Assembly (NCBI GenBank): GCA_050014195.1
Contig: JBEKDT010000002.1
Coordinates: 358,174 to 422,173, forward strand
From: Desulfomonilia bacterium
Lineage (GTDB): Bacteria > Desulfobacterota > Desulfomonilia > UBA1062
DNA length: 64,000 nt
Direction: 5' to 3'
Part shown: in pieces, positions 28,627-38,170 of the stretch
How the letters are laid out: each line of letters begins with the position of its first letter
Numbering within the stretch: the first letter of the stretch is position 1
Notes under the pieces: generated by a model
Databases searched by the model: none
What the model saw: only the letters and a program-made list of their open reading frames with translations
Told to the model about the DNA's origin: nothing
Translations under genes and position numbers: made by a program

Positions 28627-30411
28627 TCACTCTTCTACATCCTGTTTATCAAGGAATGTCAGCACCCGCTCCAGTTCCTTCCTCAATTGCTGGTACCCAT
28701 AGGGCTTCTGGATGAAACCAGCCAAGCCCTTGCCTGTAAAACGCTGAGCGACCTCCTTCTCGCTGTAATCGCTGGATAGGATTACCTTCACATCAGGGCG
28801 AATCTGTTTCAGGGCTTTGAATGTTGCAATTCCATCCATCCGGGGCATCGTCAAGTCAAGGACCACGCAGGCAATCTCATCAGCATGCCCTTGGAAGACT
28901 TCAACGGCTTCCTGCCCATCTGCAGCAGTCCGCACTGAGTAACCCGAACGGGTCGCCATTTCCTTGCTGAAGTTTATCACCTCGTCCTGGTCATCGACAA
29001 TGAGTATTGTCCCTCTCAGGGATGAAGGCCACTTGCGGACCGGTAGAATCGCTTCAGTCGATTCTAATTGCACTGATTCGGGTAGTGTCGTTTCGGAAAC
29101 AGGAAAGATTATGCGAATCGTTGTTCCCTTGTTCACCCTGCTGTCAACAAAGATGGCCCCCTTATGGCCTCGGATAATACCCAAAACCGCCGACATGCCC
29201 AATCCCCGGCCGAAAAATCTTGTGGTGAAAAATGGCTCGAAGAGTCTATGCAGTGTTTCCGCGTCCATCCCGCAGCCCGTATCGGCGACCTCCAGATAAA
29301 CGAACCTGCCGGGAGAGAGCTTTTCATCGATGCGGCTTTTCAGGAGATCTTTCTCTTTATAGATCTCAGTACCCGTTGAAATAGTTATAAATCCCGCCGT
29401 TTCACCTATGGCCTCGGCAGCGTTGGTAATGAGGTTCATTACAACCTGCTGAAGCTGGTTTGCATCTGCCAGAACAGGTGGTGAGTCATGCGTAAGAAGA
29501 AGGTTCAGAGTTGTAGTTTCCGGAATGGCCGCACGGAAGAAGTTGATGTTCTCTTGTACAAGTATACTGAGATTCACATTTTCGGTGGCATACCTCCCCT
29601 TTCCGGTGTAGGCAAGCATCTGCTTGATCAAATCAGCCGCACGCTTGGATGCTCGGATCGCATTATCAATGCGCGGGCGGGCGGATGAGCCGGGAGAGAG
29701 GTCATCAAGTGCCAGTTCCAGGCTGCCCAGAATGACTGCTAATAGGTTATTGAAATCATGGGCAATGCCTCCTGCAAGCGTACTCAGACTTTCCAGTTTC
29801 TGCAGATGGAGAAACCGGCGTTCTAACTCCAGACGTTCCTGCTCCACCTTCTTGCCCTCAGTAATATCGCTCATCACAACCTTGTAAACGAGCGAGCCGC
29901 TCTCACCTGCCTGTACGGCGGTAGCCTCTATCCGCACGCAGAATGGGGGACCCCCACGACGCAACATCCTCAATTCGAACATCTGCGGCATGCCCGTTTC
30001 AAAAAGTCGCTTGCGGTGCAGGTAGTAACCGTCATGGTCCTCCCTGAGGATAAAGCGCATAAGGGGATGGTTGACCAGTGAGCTTCTTTCCACCCCAAGC
30101 AACCGTGAGGCAGTCAGGTTCGCCTCCATGATCAGCCCCTTCTCATTCAGGGTAAGATACCCCACCGGGGCGAGGTCGAAGAGGTCAAAATACTTGGTAC
30201 GGGAGATTTCCAGTTCCACCTGCGCCCGGAGCAGTTCTTCGTTCTGCATCTCCAACTCTATCTGGTGGACCTGCAGTTCGTGGAACAGACGCCGGTCTTG
30301 TTCTGGAGAAATGTCGCTCTGATCGGTAGATTGTTTCTGCAACCGTTTCTCTGCTTGTTTACGAAGGTTGGCTGAACGCTTCTTTATCGAATCTTTTTTA
30401 GCCATTACCAC
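28627..30411 (-). CDS. PAS hybrid sensor kinase / response regulator
   Basis: [23 protein letters not shown], receiver VDD...DLTMP...KPY. Confidence 0.93.
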   Translation of the reverse strand: MVMAKKDSIKKRSANLRKQAEKRLQKQSTDQSDISPEQDRRLFHELQVHQIELEMQNEELLRAQVELEISRTKYFDLFDLAPVGYLTLNEKGLIMEANLTASRLLGVERSSLVNHPLMRFILREDHDGYYLHRKRLFETGMPQMFELRMLRRGGPPFCVRIEATAVQAGESGSLVYKVVMSDITEGKKVEQERLELERRFLHLQKLESLSTLAGGIAHDFNNLLAVILGSLELALDDLSPGSSARPRIDNAIRASKRAADLIKQMLAYTGKGRYATENVNLSILVQENINFFRAAIPETTTLNLLLTHDSPPVLADANQLQQVVMNLITNAAEAIGETAGFITISTGTEIYKEKDLLKSRIDEKLSPGRFVYLEVADTGCGMDAETLHRLFEPFFTTRFFGRGLGMSAVLGIIRGHKGAIFVDSRVNKGTTIRIIFPVSETTLPESVQLESTEAILPVRKWPSSLRGTILIVDDQDEVINFSKEMATRSGYSVRTAADGQEAVEVFQGHADEIACVVLDLTMPRMDGIATFKALKQIRPDVKVILSSDYSEKEVAQRFTGKGLAGFIQKPYGYQQLRKELERVLTFLDKQDVEE

Positions 30412-30660
30412 TCTCTACGGGTTGTAGTGTTTACACATTTCTGGTCATAGTGTACCACCCAGGCTATATGCAATGGATCTTTCAGATACTATTAATAAGC
30501 ATACAATCTTAAAAAAATAGTGTTGGACCATAAAAACTGAAACATCAGACAAACTGAATATATCTGCGATATATCACCGGTCTCAACTATTTACTATCAA
30601 CTGTAGCTTCCCTTGTTTTTCTTTCTAAGTGTGAAACCTGGTTCACGTCCTATTCTTTTG

Positions 30661-30691
30661 AAAAAATTGGGGAGCCATTGCAGCTCCCCAA
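30661..30691 (-). terminator. Rho-independent terminator of the BON/lmo0937 unit
   Basis: TTGGGGAGC-7 nt loop-GCTCCCCAA followed by a T6 tract on the minus strand. Confidence 0.7.
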
Positions 30692-30894
30692 AAGGGGAGT
30701 ATCTAGGAAATATAGGTTACTTATGAAATTGGTCATTGTGAGTGGTTATTCACAGTTATTTTAGCTGGAGATCGGTCTTACTATTACCCATCACTCAAGG
30801 AACTTTGGCCCATATTACTATACCTCTTTTCCATCTTTTGTTATGCCAGTTATGGCATGCTTCCTTAGCTTTAATGGGATAAAGGACTGCTTTA

Positions 30895-31041
30895 CTACCC
30901 TCGTCGCCCTTGAATGAAGCCGATTATCACAACAATAATGGCAATCACCAGCAAGATGTGAATTAACCCTCCCATCGTGTAACTGGACACCAACCCCAGC
31001 AGCCACAGAACTATCAGTATTACAGCAATTGTCCACAACAT
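30895..31041 (-). CDS. lmo0937 family small membrane protein (48 aa; absent from ORF track)
   Basis: MLWTIAVILIVLWLLGLVSSYTMGGLIHILLVIAIIVVIIGFIQGRRG with RBS AAAGGAGG. Confidence 0.88.
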   Translation of the reverse strand: MLWTIAVILIVLWLLGLVSSYTMGGLIHILLVIAIIVVIIGFIQGRRG

Positions 31042-31093
31042 GTGATCCTCCTTTCAAATAGATTCCCCGGCAAGCCGGTAAAACCCCTTTGGA

Positions 31094-31852
31094 CTACTCG
31101 ATGGTCATCCGGTTATTTACACCCTTCACACCGTTTACGTCGTTGACGAGTTTGGTGGCCAGATCCTTTTCGGCTGCGTTGCCGGCTTTGCCACTTAATG
31201 TAACCACACCCTTCTTCGTGGTGACCTTGGTATTGAGGGCACTGGTCGAGCGGTGATAGAGCAACGTCATCTTGACCTGGGCGGTGATGGAGGCGTCATC
31301 CATCTTTTGGACTACCGTTTGCGTCTTTTTCGAGGTTTTTGTCACGGTCATCTCATTATTTACGTCTTTAACCCCTTCGACATCCTTGGTGTATTCAGTC
31401 GTCAGATCCTTTTGTGCCTGGCTGGCCGCTTCGCCTCGCAGGGTTACGATTCCGTCTTTAGTGTTAACCTCCGTCATAGCGCTCACGTTCCGATGATACA
31501 GGAGCATGGTTTTCACTTTCGTTGTGAGCCACGCATCCGATTTCTCAGCGGGGCGTTCCCCTTTGACTTCCAACCTGTTGTCCACACTCTTAACCCCTTG
31601 CAAGCTCGCCACGGTCTCCTGGGCTAATGATTTGTGGGATTCTTCAGAGACAGTTCCCGTTAAGCTCACAACGCCATCCACGGACTGGATCTTAATATCA
31701 TCGTCCTTGAGGTATGTCTTGAACACATACGACTGCTTGGCGGTTGATTCGATGCGGCTGTCCATTTTCGACGCTTGCACAGGTACGCTGATCACCAGCA
31801 TAGCCGCCGCTGTAACCATTAGCATTAGAGATAGAGAATATATTGCTTTCAT
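31094..31852 (-). CDS. Triple BON-domain (OsmY-like) exported protein
   Basis: Signal peptide plus three repeats G(V/I)V(S/T)LxG...GVKxVxN; RBS AAGGAGG. Confidence 0.92.
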   Translation of the reverse strand: MKAIYSLSLMLMVTAAAMLVISVPVQASKMDSRIESTAKQSYVFKTYLKDDDIKIQSVDGVVSLTGTVSEESHKSLAQETVASLQGVKSVDNRLEVKGERPAEKSDAWLTTKVKTMLLYHRNVSAMTEVNTKDGIVTLRGEAASQAQKDLTTEYTKDVEGVKDVNNEMTVTKTSKKTQTVVQKMDDASITAQVKMTLLYHRSTSALNTKVTTKKGVVTLSGKAGNAAEKDLATKLVNDVNGVKGVNNRMTIE

Positions 31853-32030
31853 GGTACTCCTCCTTTAGGATTTCGATTTGACTGCTGGGCTACTTTGTTT
31901 CAAATGATAATTTTCCGACAATAGAAGATTCGCAAGCCAGTCAACTCCCCGATTAGATCTCTCCATCCCGCCGGGTGGTAACAGGAAGGACCTACATTCG
32001 TATGATTACCAGGATCATAAAAATAGTAAG

Positions 32031-32046
32031 AGCAAATGGCCTGCCA
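32031..32046 (-). promoter_or_regulatory. Sigma54 -24/-12 promoter for the BON gene
   Basis: Minus strand TGGCAGGCCATTTGCT (GG-N10-GC). Confidence 0.7.
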
Positions 32047-32143
32047 ATAGCCGAAGGAAGATCAGATGTTTGGAATCACCCATTAATAACAGTTTGTTAG
32101 ATGAATAAGAGAGTAGCAGAAGAGTATGAAACGATTCGTTTTG

Positions 32144-32177
32144 CCTCAATATTTGGTGGAACCTCAACATATTGAGG
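32144..32177. promoter_or_regulatory. Tandem palindromic enhancer (bEBP UAS)
   Basis: CCTCAAtattTGGTGG and perfect-armed CCTCAAcataTTGAGG, about 100-130 bp upstream of the sigma54 site. Confidence 0.55.
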
Positions 32178-32209
32178 GATACTTTGAAGGAACGTGGGCA
32201 GTCTAATCT

Positions 32210-32310
32210 GGACTAACGGGGGTGAGTGTACATCAGTATTCAGAAGGAGAAGTGTGCTGTTTACCTGTCCAATCCGAACCGGATGTCGAAGTTCACAGCG
32301 CGTTAGATCC
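32210..32310. mobile_element. Degenerate attC-like imperfect palindrome
   Basis: GGACTAAC...GTTAGATCC ends with inner GTGA/TCAC and ACATC/GATGT pairing; about 100 bp. Confidence 0.35.
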
Positions 32311-32329
32311 GGGATATCGTGAAGAAATG

Positions 32330-32890
32330 CGCTAAAATGCTGGCATCAGTAAGGTTCTGCTGGTACTGGGATTATCGTTATAATCGGCTCAAATCCTGGA
32401 AGTTGCGGGTGCACTCCTGTTTTTTGTCTACCATCCTCCAAAGACACGGAAGGAGACAATGCCTTTTCAAAGGTGCCCGGCCGTCTCACTGAACTCGGCC
32501 CCTATGAAAAGAACATCAGTCTTACTGAGAACATCGGGGCCTACTCGATGAATATCAGCACCCAGGGGCTGTTCGTAAAGAAAGGAAAGTCCCTGGTTTT
32601 CAACACCGCGCTCCAGAAGAAGTTCGTAATGAACAATCTTCACCTCTCTGTACAAGAACGGCGCAAAGATGCTCGAGATATTCAAAGACAAGATCATCCT
32701 GTACTCGTTCATGCGAACCATCGAGGTCGACAACCCCTAAATCCTGTTCCCCCTCGATGTGAGCCAGCCGAAAAAGATCAGGTTGGAAAAGGAAAAGAAG
32801 GTTCTTGCCATCCATTATAAAAATAAGGTGGATGTCTGGAACCTGGAGAATCAGCTCATCCCTATGAGCTATTCACCTAGGGCTGAGGAC
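32330..32890 (+). pseudogene. Decayed hypothetical gene (frameshifts and stops)
   Basis: Protein-like segments in shifting frames: KVPGRLTELGPYEKNISL...NNLHLS / LYKNGAKMLEIFKDKIILYSFMRTIEVDNP* / SQPKKIRLEKEKKVLAIHYKNKVDVWNL. Confidence 0.45.
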
Positions 32891-32969
32891 CAGCAGTTAC
32901 ATTATAGGGTTGGAATCTGACAGCCTTCTCTTTATATATTCTCTTATCAAGCAATGGAGGTGAAATGTC

Positions 32970-34097
32970 ATGGTTGAGGTGAGACGTGTTGATACTAAGG
33001 GCATGATGAAAGACTTCATGATGTTCCCATGGACATCCAGGATCTATGAGAATGATCCTGCATGGATTCCCCCTCTCATCAGTGACCAGAAAAATCTTTT
33101 TGACAGAAGAAAAGGATACTTTTTCGAGATAGGCGAAGCAGAGTTTTTTCTGGCATATAAAAACAGCAGTCTTGTCGGCCGTATCACAGCCCACGTGAAC
33201 CATCTTTATGAAAGTAAATATGACAACGACACGGGGTTCTTCGGGTTCTTCGAGGCCGTCAATGACCCGGAGGTTGCCCGTGCCCTTTTCGATACCGCAT
33301 CTTCCTGGCTTAAGCACAAGGGCAAAAAGATCATGAACGGCCCCCAGAGCTTCTCCATCTATGACTCGGTGGGGTTCGAGGTGGAAGGTGCTGAGAACAT
33401 CCCCTCAGTGGGTAATTTCCACTTTGCCCCTTATTATAAGGATTTTGCCGAGGCATGCGGGTTTGTTAAATGCATCGACTGGCATTGTTTCCTGGTGAAA
33501 CGTGTCAATTATGAACAACATATACCCTATCTGGATGAAGTAAGAAAGGGCCTTCTCTCCACTACGGACGCGGTATTTAAAAATCTTGACAAGCGGGATT
33601 TGGCAAAAAGGGTGAAAGATGTGCATGATATCTTCAATGCCGCATGGGAGGGAAACTGGGGCCATCTTCCGCTGACAGACAAACAGACCGAGATGATCTT
33701 TTCCGAAATAAAGATGTTCCTCACCCCTGAATTTACCGTATTTGCGGAGAAGGATGGAAAGACCATAGGCTTCATTCTCACCCTACCAGACATCAATCCG
33801 GCATTAAGGGTTTTAAACGGAAGGCTCTACCCGTGGCGGCTCTTAAGGTTCATGAGAGAGGCAAAAAAAACCAAGAGGATGAGAACCTTCATCATGGGGG
33901 TGCTCCCGGAATATCACGGGCAGCACATCGATGAGATTTTTTACCTGAAGGCCATTGAACAGGGTCTTCTCGCAGATATCTGGGAGTCTGATTGCTCGCT
34001 GATCGTTGAGACCAATACAAATATGATCCATGCACTGAAACCGTTCACCCCTGAGCTCTACAAAACCTATCGAATCTATGAAAGACCTATTCCCTGA
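32970..34097 (+). CDS. YghO-like double-GNAT protein; candidate bacterial ceramide synthase (bCerS-like)
   Basis: IYENDPAWIPPL, VGRITA, GFFGFFEAVND, FNAAWEGNWG, TLPDIN, MGVLPEY, E(T)N, KTYRIY. Confidence 0.75.
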   Translation: MVEVRRVDTKGMMKDFMMFPWTSRIYENDPAWIPPLISDQKNLFDRRKGYFFEIGEAEFFLAYKNSSLVGRITAHVNHLYESKYDNDTGFFGFFEAVNDPEVARALFDTASSWLKHKGKKIMNGPQSFSIYDSVGFEVEGAENIPSVGNFHFAPYYKDFAEACGFVKCIDWHCFLVKRVNYEQHIPYLDEVRKGLLSTTDAVFKNLDKRDLAKRVKDVHDIFNAAWEGNWGHLPLTDKQTEMIFSEIKMFLTPEFTVFAEKDGKTIGFILTLPDINPALRVLNGRLYPWRLLRFMREAKKTKRMRTFIMGVLPEYHGQHIDEIFYLKAIEQGLLADIWESDCSLIVETNTNMIHALKPFTPELYKTYRIYERPIP

Positions 34098-34134
34098 CTT
34101 CAGGGTTATTCGTCCGTAGCCAGGGTTATGTCCG

Positions 34135-35016
34135 CTAGTTGCGGGTGATGATCGATCGGGCCATGGGCTCGCCCCAGCGGTACACTGCAAAACCAAGGCT
34201 TATCCCGACAACGAGGTCCGTCACATAGTGGTAGCGCAGGTAAACCGTCGAGAAGAGGAGGAGAACTGTCCAGACAAGGGCAACGGGAAAATATCTCTTC
34301 GCGTATCGCCAGGACAGAAGCACGGTGAGCAGGGAGACAAGGGCGTGTCCGCTCGGCATGCAGTCGTACATCCTGCCTTCAGCCTGTGCCAGCAGGTTTC
34401 TGAGGAAATCAAAGGTCCACAATCCGGTCAGGGGAACGCTTTGCAGGTGTTCCATGGTGAATCGCGGCCCGAGGACCGGGGTGAAATAATACCCGATGTA
34501 GGAGAGATAAAAGCCCATGAATATGGTCGATGCAGCGACATGAAAGTCATCCCTGGTCTCCCTGAGAAAATAGAGGATCACACACAGTGTGAGGGGAAGA
34601 AAATAGAAGCTCGCATAGGATATCTGCAGTATTTCCGAAAGTGCAGGGTACATGATTCTTTCCATGAGGATAGTGGGGTCGTGCCCAAGAAAAAAAAACC
34701 GGTCGGCGGCCATGACGAGGCTGTCAAATTCTCGGGGGTTGATGATCGGGATGAGTGTGCGATTCTCCAGATAGATGACTATCAGGAACGGGAGAACATA
34801 CCAGTCCCGGAAAAACCGCACCCATGCGTGGGGAAAACGCCTGTGGACATAAGCCGCCAGGAGGATGGCTGCAGTGATGAGCATGTTCAGCACAAAGATG
34901 TCATGGGCCTGCCTGATGTGCATGAAAAGGAGGATGAGGAGATTGGACAGCACTGCCATGCCGATGGTAAGGCCTTCTTCAAGGCTCAGAAACTTTTCAG
35001 GATTACATGCCTTCAT
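34135..35016 (-). CDS. PAP2-superfamily membrane protein, Aur1/IPC-synthase-like
   Basis: YYFTPVLGPRF, DCMPSGH, STVYLRYHYVTD. Confidence 0.8.
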   Translation of the reverse strand: MKACNPEKFLSLEEGLTIGMAVLSNLLILLFMHIRQAHDIFVLNMLITAAILLAAYVHRRFPHAWVRFFRDWYVLPFLIVIYLENRTLIPIINPREFDSLVMAADRFFFLGHDPTILMERIMYPALSEILQISYASFYFLPLTLCVILYFLRETRDDFHVAASTIFMGFYLSYIGYYFTPVLGPRFTMEHLQSVPLTGLWTFDFLRNLLAQAEGRMYDCMPSGHALVSLLTVLLSWRYAKRYFPVALVWTVLLLFSTVYLRYHYVTDLVVGISLGFAVYRWGEPMARSIITRN

Positions 35017-35054
35017 CGGTGCACTCCATTTGCCGGTTTTTTCATAGGCGATCT

Positions 35055-36410
35055 CTAAGGCTTTCCTATTGAGTTGGAGGCCCCTGCAAATGGTTGTGGA
35101 TTCCTCAGACCTTTGAAATAACGTTTACGGGTAGAAAGATTGACGCCGGTGTACAGCTGGCAACCGAGCAGAGTTCGTTTCCATGGGCTCATGCCAAAGA
35201 AGCGTTTTGTCATTGCGCCGAAAGAATAGGCTTGTCTGTTCAAGCGGTCGAAACCGTTAGTGAGCTCATCAGCAGTCATGCCCTTGGGTTGAAAAAGGAG
35301 TGTATCCGGAGGATATCCACAAAGCCACCAGTCACGCACGAACAACCTGCCTTCGTTTAAGAGGCGCTCATATAAGCGTGTTCCCGGATAAGGAGTGAGA
35401 ATCCTTAGCTGGACAACATCCAGACGACCTCTCATTATAAATTCAAGGGTCTGATCGAACACATCCTTGTTTTCGTAATCAAAGCCAAAAACAAAGGAGC
35501 CCAGTATACCGAAACCTTCACCATGGAATCGATGCATGGCCTCATAAAAATCGATCCTCAGATTCTTTATTTTTTTTACCTCATTCTGTGTGCCTTTCTG
35601 TACCGATTCGAATCCGATTAAAAGCCCCAGGCACCCCGCACGTTTCATCAATCCCAGCAGCTCCAAATCCTCAGCTAATGAAACCGTGCCTTGCGCCAGC
35701 CATCGCCGCCGAAGAGGTATCATTTCAGTAAAAAGCTTTTTGGCTGCATTCCGGTTCAGTCCAAGGGCATCATCGACGAAGAAGATGTAAGGGGAATCAA
35801 TAGCCTCTATCTCGGCAATCACCTCCTGAACCGGCCTCACTCGATATTGCTGCCCCAATGTCCGGCCAATGCAACAGAATTCGCAGTCGTACGGACACCC
35901 TCGGGATGTCTCGACGCCGATCGGGATCGGAATATAACCTTTACCTTTGGTTCCGGGAAAGAGATCTCGCCGTGGTTTCGGAAGACCTTGGAGATCGGTC
36001 AGTTTACCGGCCCGATATAGCCTTTGCATCTGCCCTGAGGCGGCATCCGATACAAGTCGCGACCAGATATTCTCAGCTTCTCCCACGACCACCGCGTCTG
36101 CATGCTCCAAAGCTTCGTCAGGCAATACCGTGGGGTGTATTCCTCCCATCACCACCAACACCTTCTTCCGGCGATAGGTGTCAGCAATATCATAGGCTCT
36201 TAGCACAAGGTCAGTCATGACGGTGATACCCACCAAATCCACATCTTGATTCGTGTCATCGGGAGCAAAGGCTTCATCGACAATCGTAACCGTGTGGCCA
36301 GGCGGGGTAAGAGCTGCCAGAAGAGGAAGATTTACCCTCTGGAGCTTGAAAGGGCTGGATAACGTGTCTTCACGTTGCTCGCGCGGTGCGATAAGTTTTA
36401 TTTTCATCAT
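35055..36410 (-). CDS. B12-binding radical SAM protein (class B methyltransferase-like)
   Basis: LAALTP, MGGIHPT, SRGCPYDCEFC, IGFES, TPYPGT. Confidence 0.92.
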   Translation of the reverse strand: MMKIKLIAPREQREDTLSSPFKLQRVNLPLLAALTPPGHTVTIVDEAFAPDDTNQDVDLVGITVMTDLVLRAYDIADTYRRKKVLVVMGGIHPTVLPDEALEHADAVVVGEAENIWSRLVSDAASGQMQRLYRAGKLTDLQGLPKPRRDLFPGTKGKGYIPIPIGVETSRGCPYDCEFCCIGRTLGQQYRVRPVQEVIAEIEAIDSPYIFFVDDALGLNRNAAKKLFTEMIPLRRRWLAQGTVSLAEDLELLGLMKRAGCLGLLIGFESVQKGTQNEVKKIKNLRIDFYEAMHRFHGEGFGILGSFVFGFDYENKDVFDQTLEFIMRGRLDVVQLRILTPYPGTRLYERLLNEGRLFVRDWWLCGYPPDTLLFQPKGMTADELTNGFDRLNRQAYSFGAMTKRFFGMSPWKRTLLGCQLYTGVNLSTRKRYFKGLRNPQPFAGASNSIGKP

Positions 36411-38170
36411 TGCGCCTTGGTACCATTGCCGACAGGTCTCGAAACGCCCCAGCCGGCATCCGGCGGTGTAGGTATCATCTTCACCACGTAATCGCCTAAT
36501 CCATGAAGAGAGCCGCTCATATAGGAACGCACTTTGTTGTCCTGGTCTGTCAAAGAGAAAATCGATTTGTCGTAAGGACGGACCCGCAAAGACATCGGTA
36601 CGCCCATCAGGTCGAGAAGGGTCGCAAAATTGTTGAGATGGGAAACCCTGATGCCGGGGGGAATGCCGGCTAAGAGCCCTTTCTTGCTATACTGCTTGCC
36701 TGACACGAGAAAATCGGGCACATCGACGATCACCTTGTCAGGCTTCATATGGGTATACACTTTCCCATGCTCCGCCAAAGTCTGGCCATGGTCCGATGTG
36801 TACAGTATGACATAGTTCTGATTCGTCGTTCCGGAAACAAACACCCGGAAGAATTCATCCACTTGAAAGCGGATCCCGTTGTCATAGGTATTGACGAGCT
36901 TCTCACGTCCCGCCATGCTTGGGTCAATGGATTCCGATGCCCCCATAACCGGCTTCCAAATCGCAGAGACCATATCGTCCGGATATCTATTGCGATAGCG
37001 GAAATGAAGACCCTTCTTGTTGATGAGAATGAAATAGCCGCCTCTTTCATTCAGAAGACCACTGAGAAAGCCGGCTACGCCCAAATCCTTCGTGGTTTCA
37101 AGATCGACGTGGCACTCCTCGAACGACTGAGAGTCCATCCACCTGTCCAGGGATCTCACGGGACCATCCCCGGCTGCTTTCAAGAGCTGAGAAAGATAGC
37201 CTCCATCAATGTCAATATAGACCGTCTCATAGCCCATTTTCTTTGCGTAATCAAAGATTGAAGGGTTCCTGTCGGTTCGAAAGTCGACATCGGGAAATGC
37301 GTTGTGACCGGTAATGAGATAGGCATTGCTGATATGGGAAGCGGTACCGGCCGCGACACAAATGCCGAGATTCTTGAGGCGCCCCTGGGTTTGAAGGTAT
37401 TGAAGGAACGGTGTGGTGGCACGAGGGTAGCCGTTCAGGCTGAGAGTGCTGCCGCGAACCGACTCATCGATGACATAGATGATGCTGTCGGAAGGCCGCT
37501 GGGAGATGTGAAACACAGGCAGGTCGTCTCGCGGTCCATGGTATTGGCTTAAGGTTTCAAACTCGTAATGAAGTGTTGAACGGAGGAAGGAGGTCAGGGG
37601 ATTCAGATTGAAGCTGTGTTCCGGCACGTGGAGGAAGAGGGCGTAATTGGAAGCCAGGAGGTAGAGCGCCGGCAGGAGGCTCAGCGCCAGGGTCTTTCGG
37701 GATGCGGATACAGGCGGGACGAGGATCAGTGCGGACAGAACGAGTACGTAGGGGAGAGAATACAAAAAGACGAGCGGTTTGAAGAAGCTTGAGATGGCTT
37801 CTCGGATAGTATCCCCTCCGACGGTCAAGACGAGAAACAGGTCGGTGGCGGTCATGAACTGGGATAGAGTCTGCCAATAGGAAACTTGGACGACTACAAC
37901 GAAAACAGAAAGAAGGATGGCCACCGTGCGGAGAATTCTGGGGAGGAGAAGAATGAGATAGAAGAGGGCGACCACCTGCAGGAAGACCAGCGTGAAGGCG
38001 GCCAGGGACTTCATGGTGCCGGCGACCGGGAGCAAATGCAGCATATCTCGGTAATCACTGAACCTCAAAATGGGATCGATGAGCACCGCGAGTGTTGCTG
38101 CCGACAATGCGGTAATGGCGCGGGGGTAAGGTGCCTGAGTAATGGCGCGAAGCGAGTACTTTGCTATCAT
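36407..38170 (-). CDS. EptA-like phosphoethanolamine transferase / sulfatase-fold membrane protein
   Basis: N-terminal TM helices; VIDESVR, GYPRATTP, GLHFRY, NTYDN, YTSDHG. Confidence 0.8.
   Translation of the reverse strand: MIAKYSLRAITQAPYPRAITALSAATLAVLIDPILRFSDYRDMLHLLPVAGTMKSLAAFTLVFLQVVALFYLILLLPRILRTVAILLSVFVVVVQVSYWQTLSQFMTATDLFLVLTVGGDTIREAISSFFKPLVFLYSLPYVLVLSALILVPPVSASRKTLALSLLPALYLLASNYALFLHVPEHSFNLNPLTSFLRSTLHYEFETLSQYHGPRDDLPVFHISQRPSDSIIYVIDESVRGSTLSLNGYPRATTPFLQYLQTQGRLKNLGICVAAGTASHISNAYLITGHNAFPDVDFRTDRNPSIFDYAKKMGYETVYIDIDGGYLSQLLKAAGDGPVRSLDRWMDSQSFEECHVDLETTKDLGVAGFLSGLLNERGGYFILINKKGLHFRYRNRYPDDMVSAIWKPVMGASESIDPSMAGREKLVNTYDNGIRFQVDEFFRVFVSGTTNQNYVILYTSDHGQTLAEHGKVYTHMKPDKVIVDVPDFLVSGKQYSKKGLLAGIPPGIRVSHLNNFATLLDLMGVPMSLRVRPYDKSIFSLTDQDNKVRSYMSGSLHGLGDYVVKMIPTPPDAGWGVSRPVGNGTKAQ

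Noticed and set aside
30818-31057. 79-aa ORF from the track
   Set aside because: Wrong frame; the real gene is the 48-aa lmo0937-family ORF at 30895-31041 with a strong RBS.
34228-35058. 276-aa plus-strand ORF
   Set aside because: Antisense shadow of the PAP2 gene.
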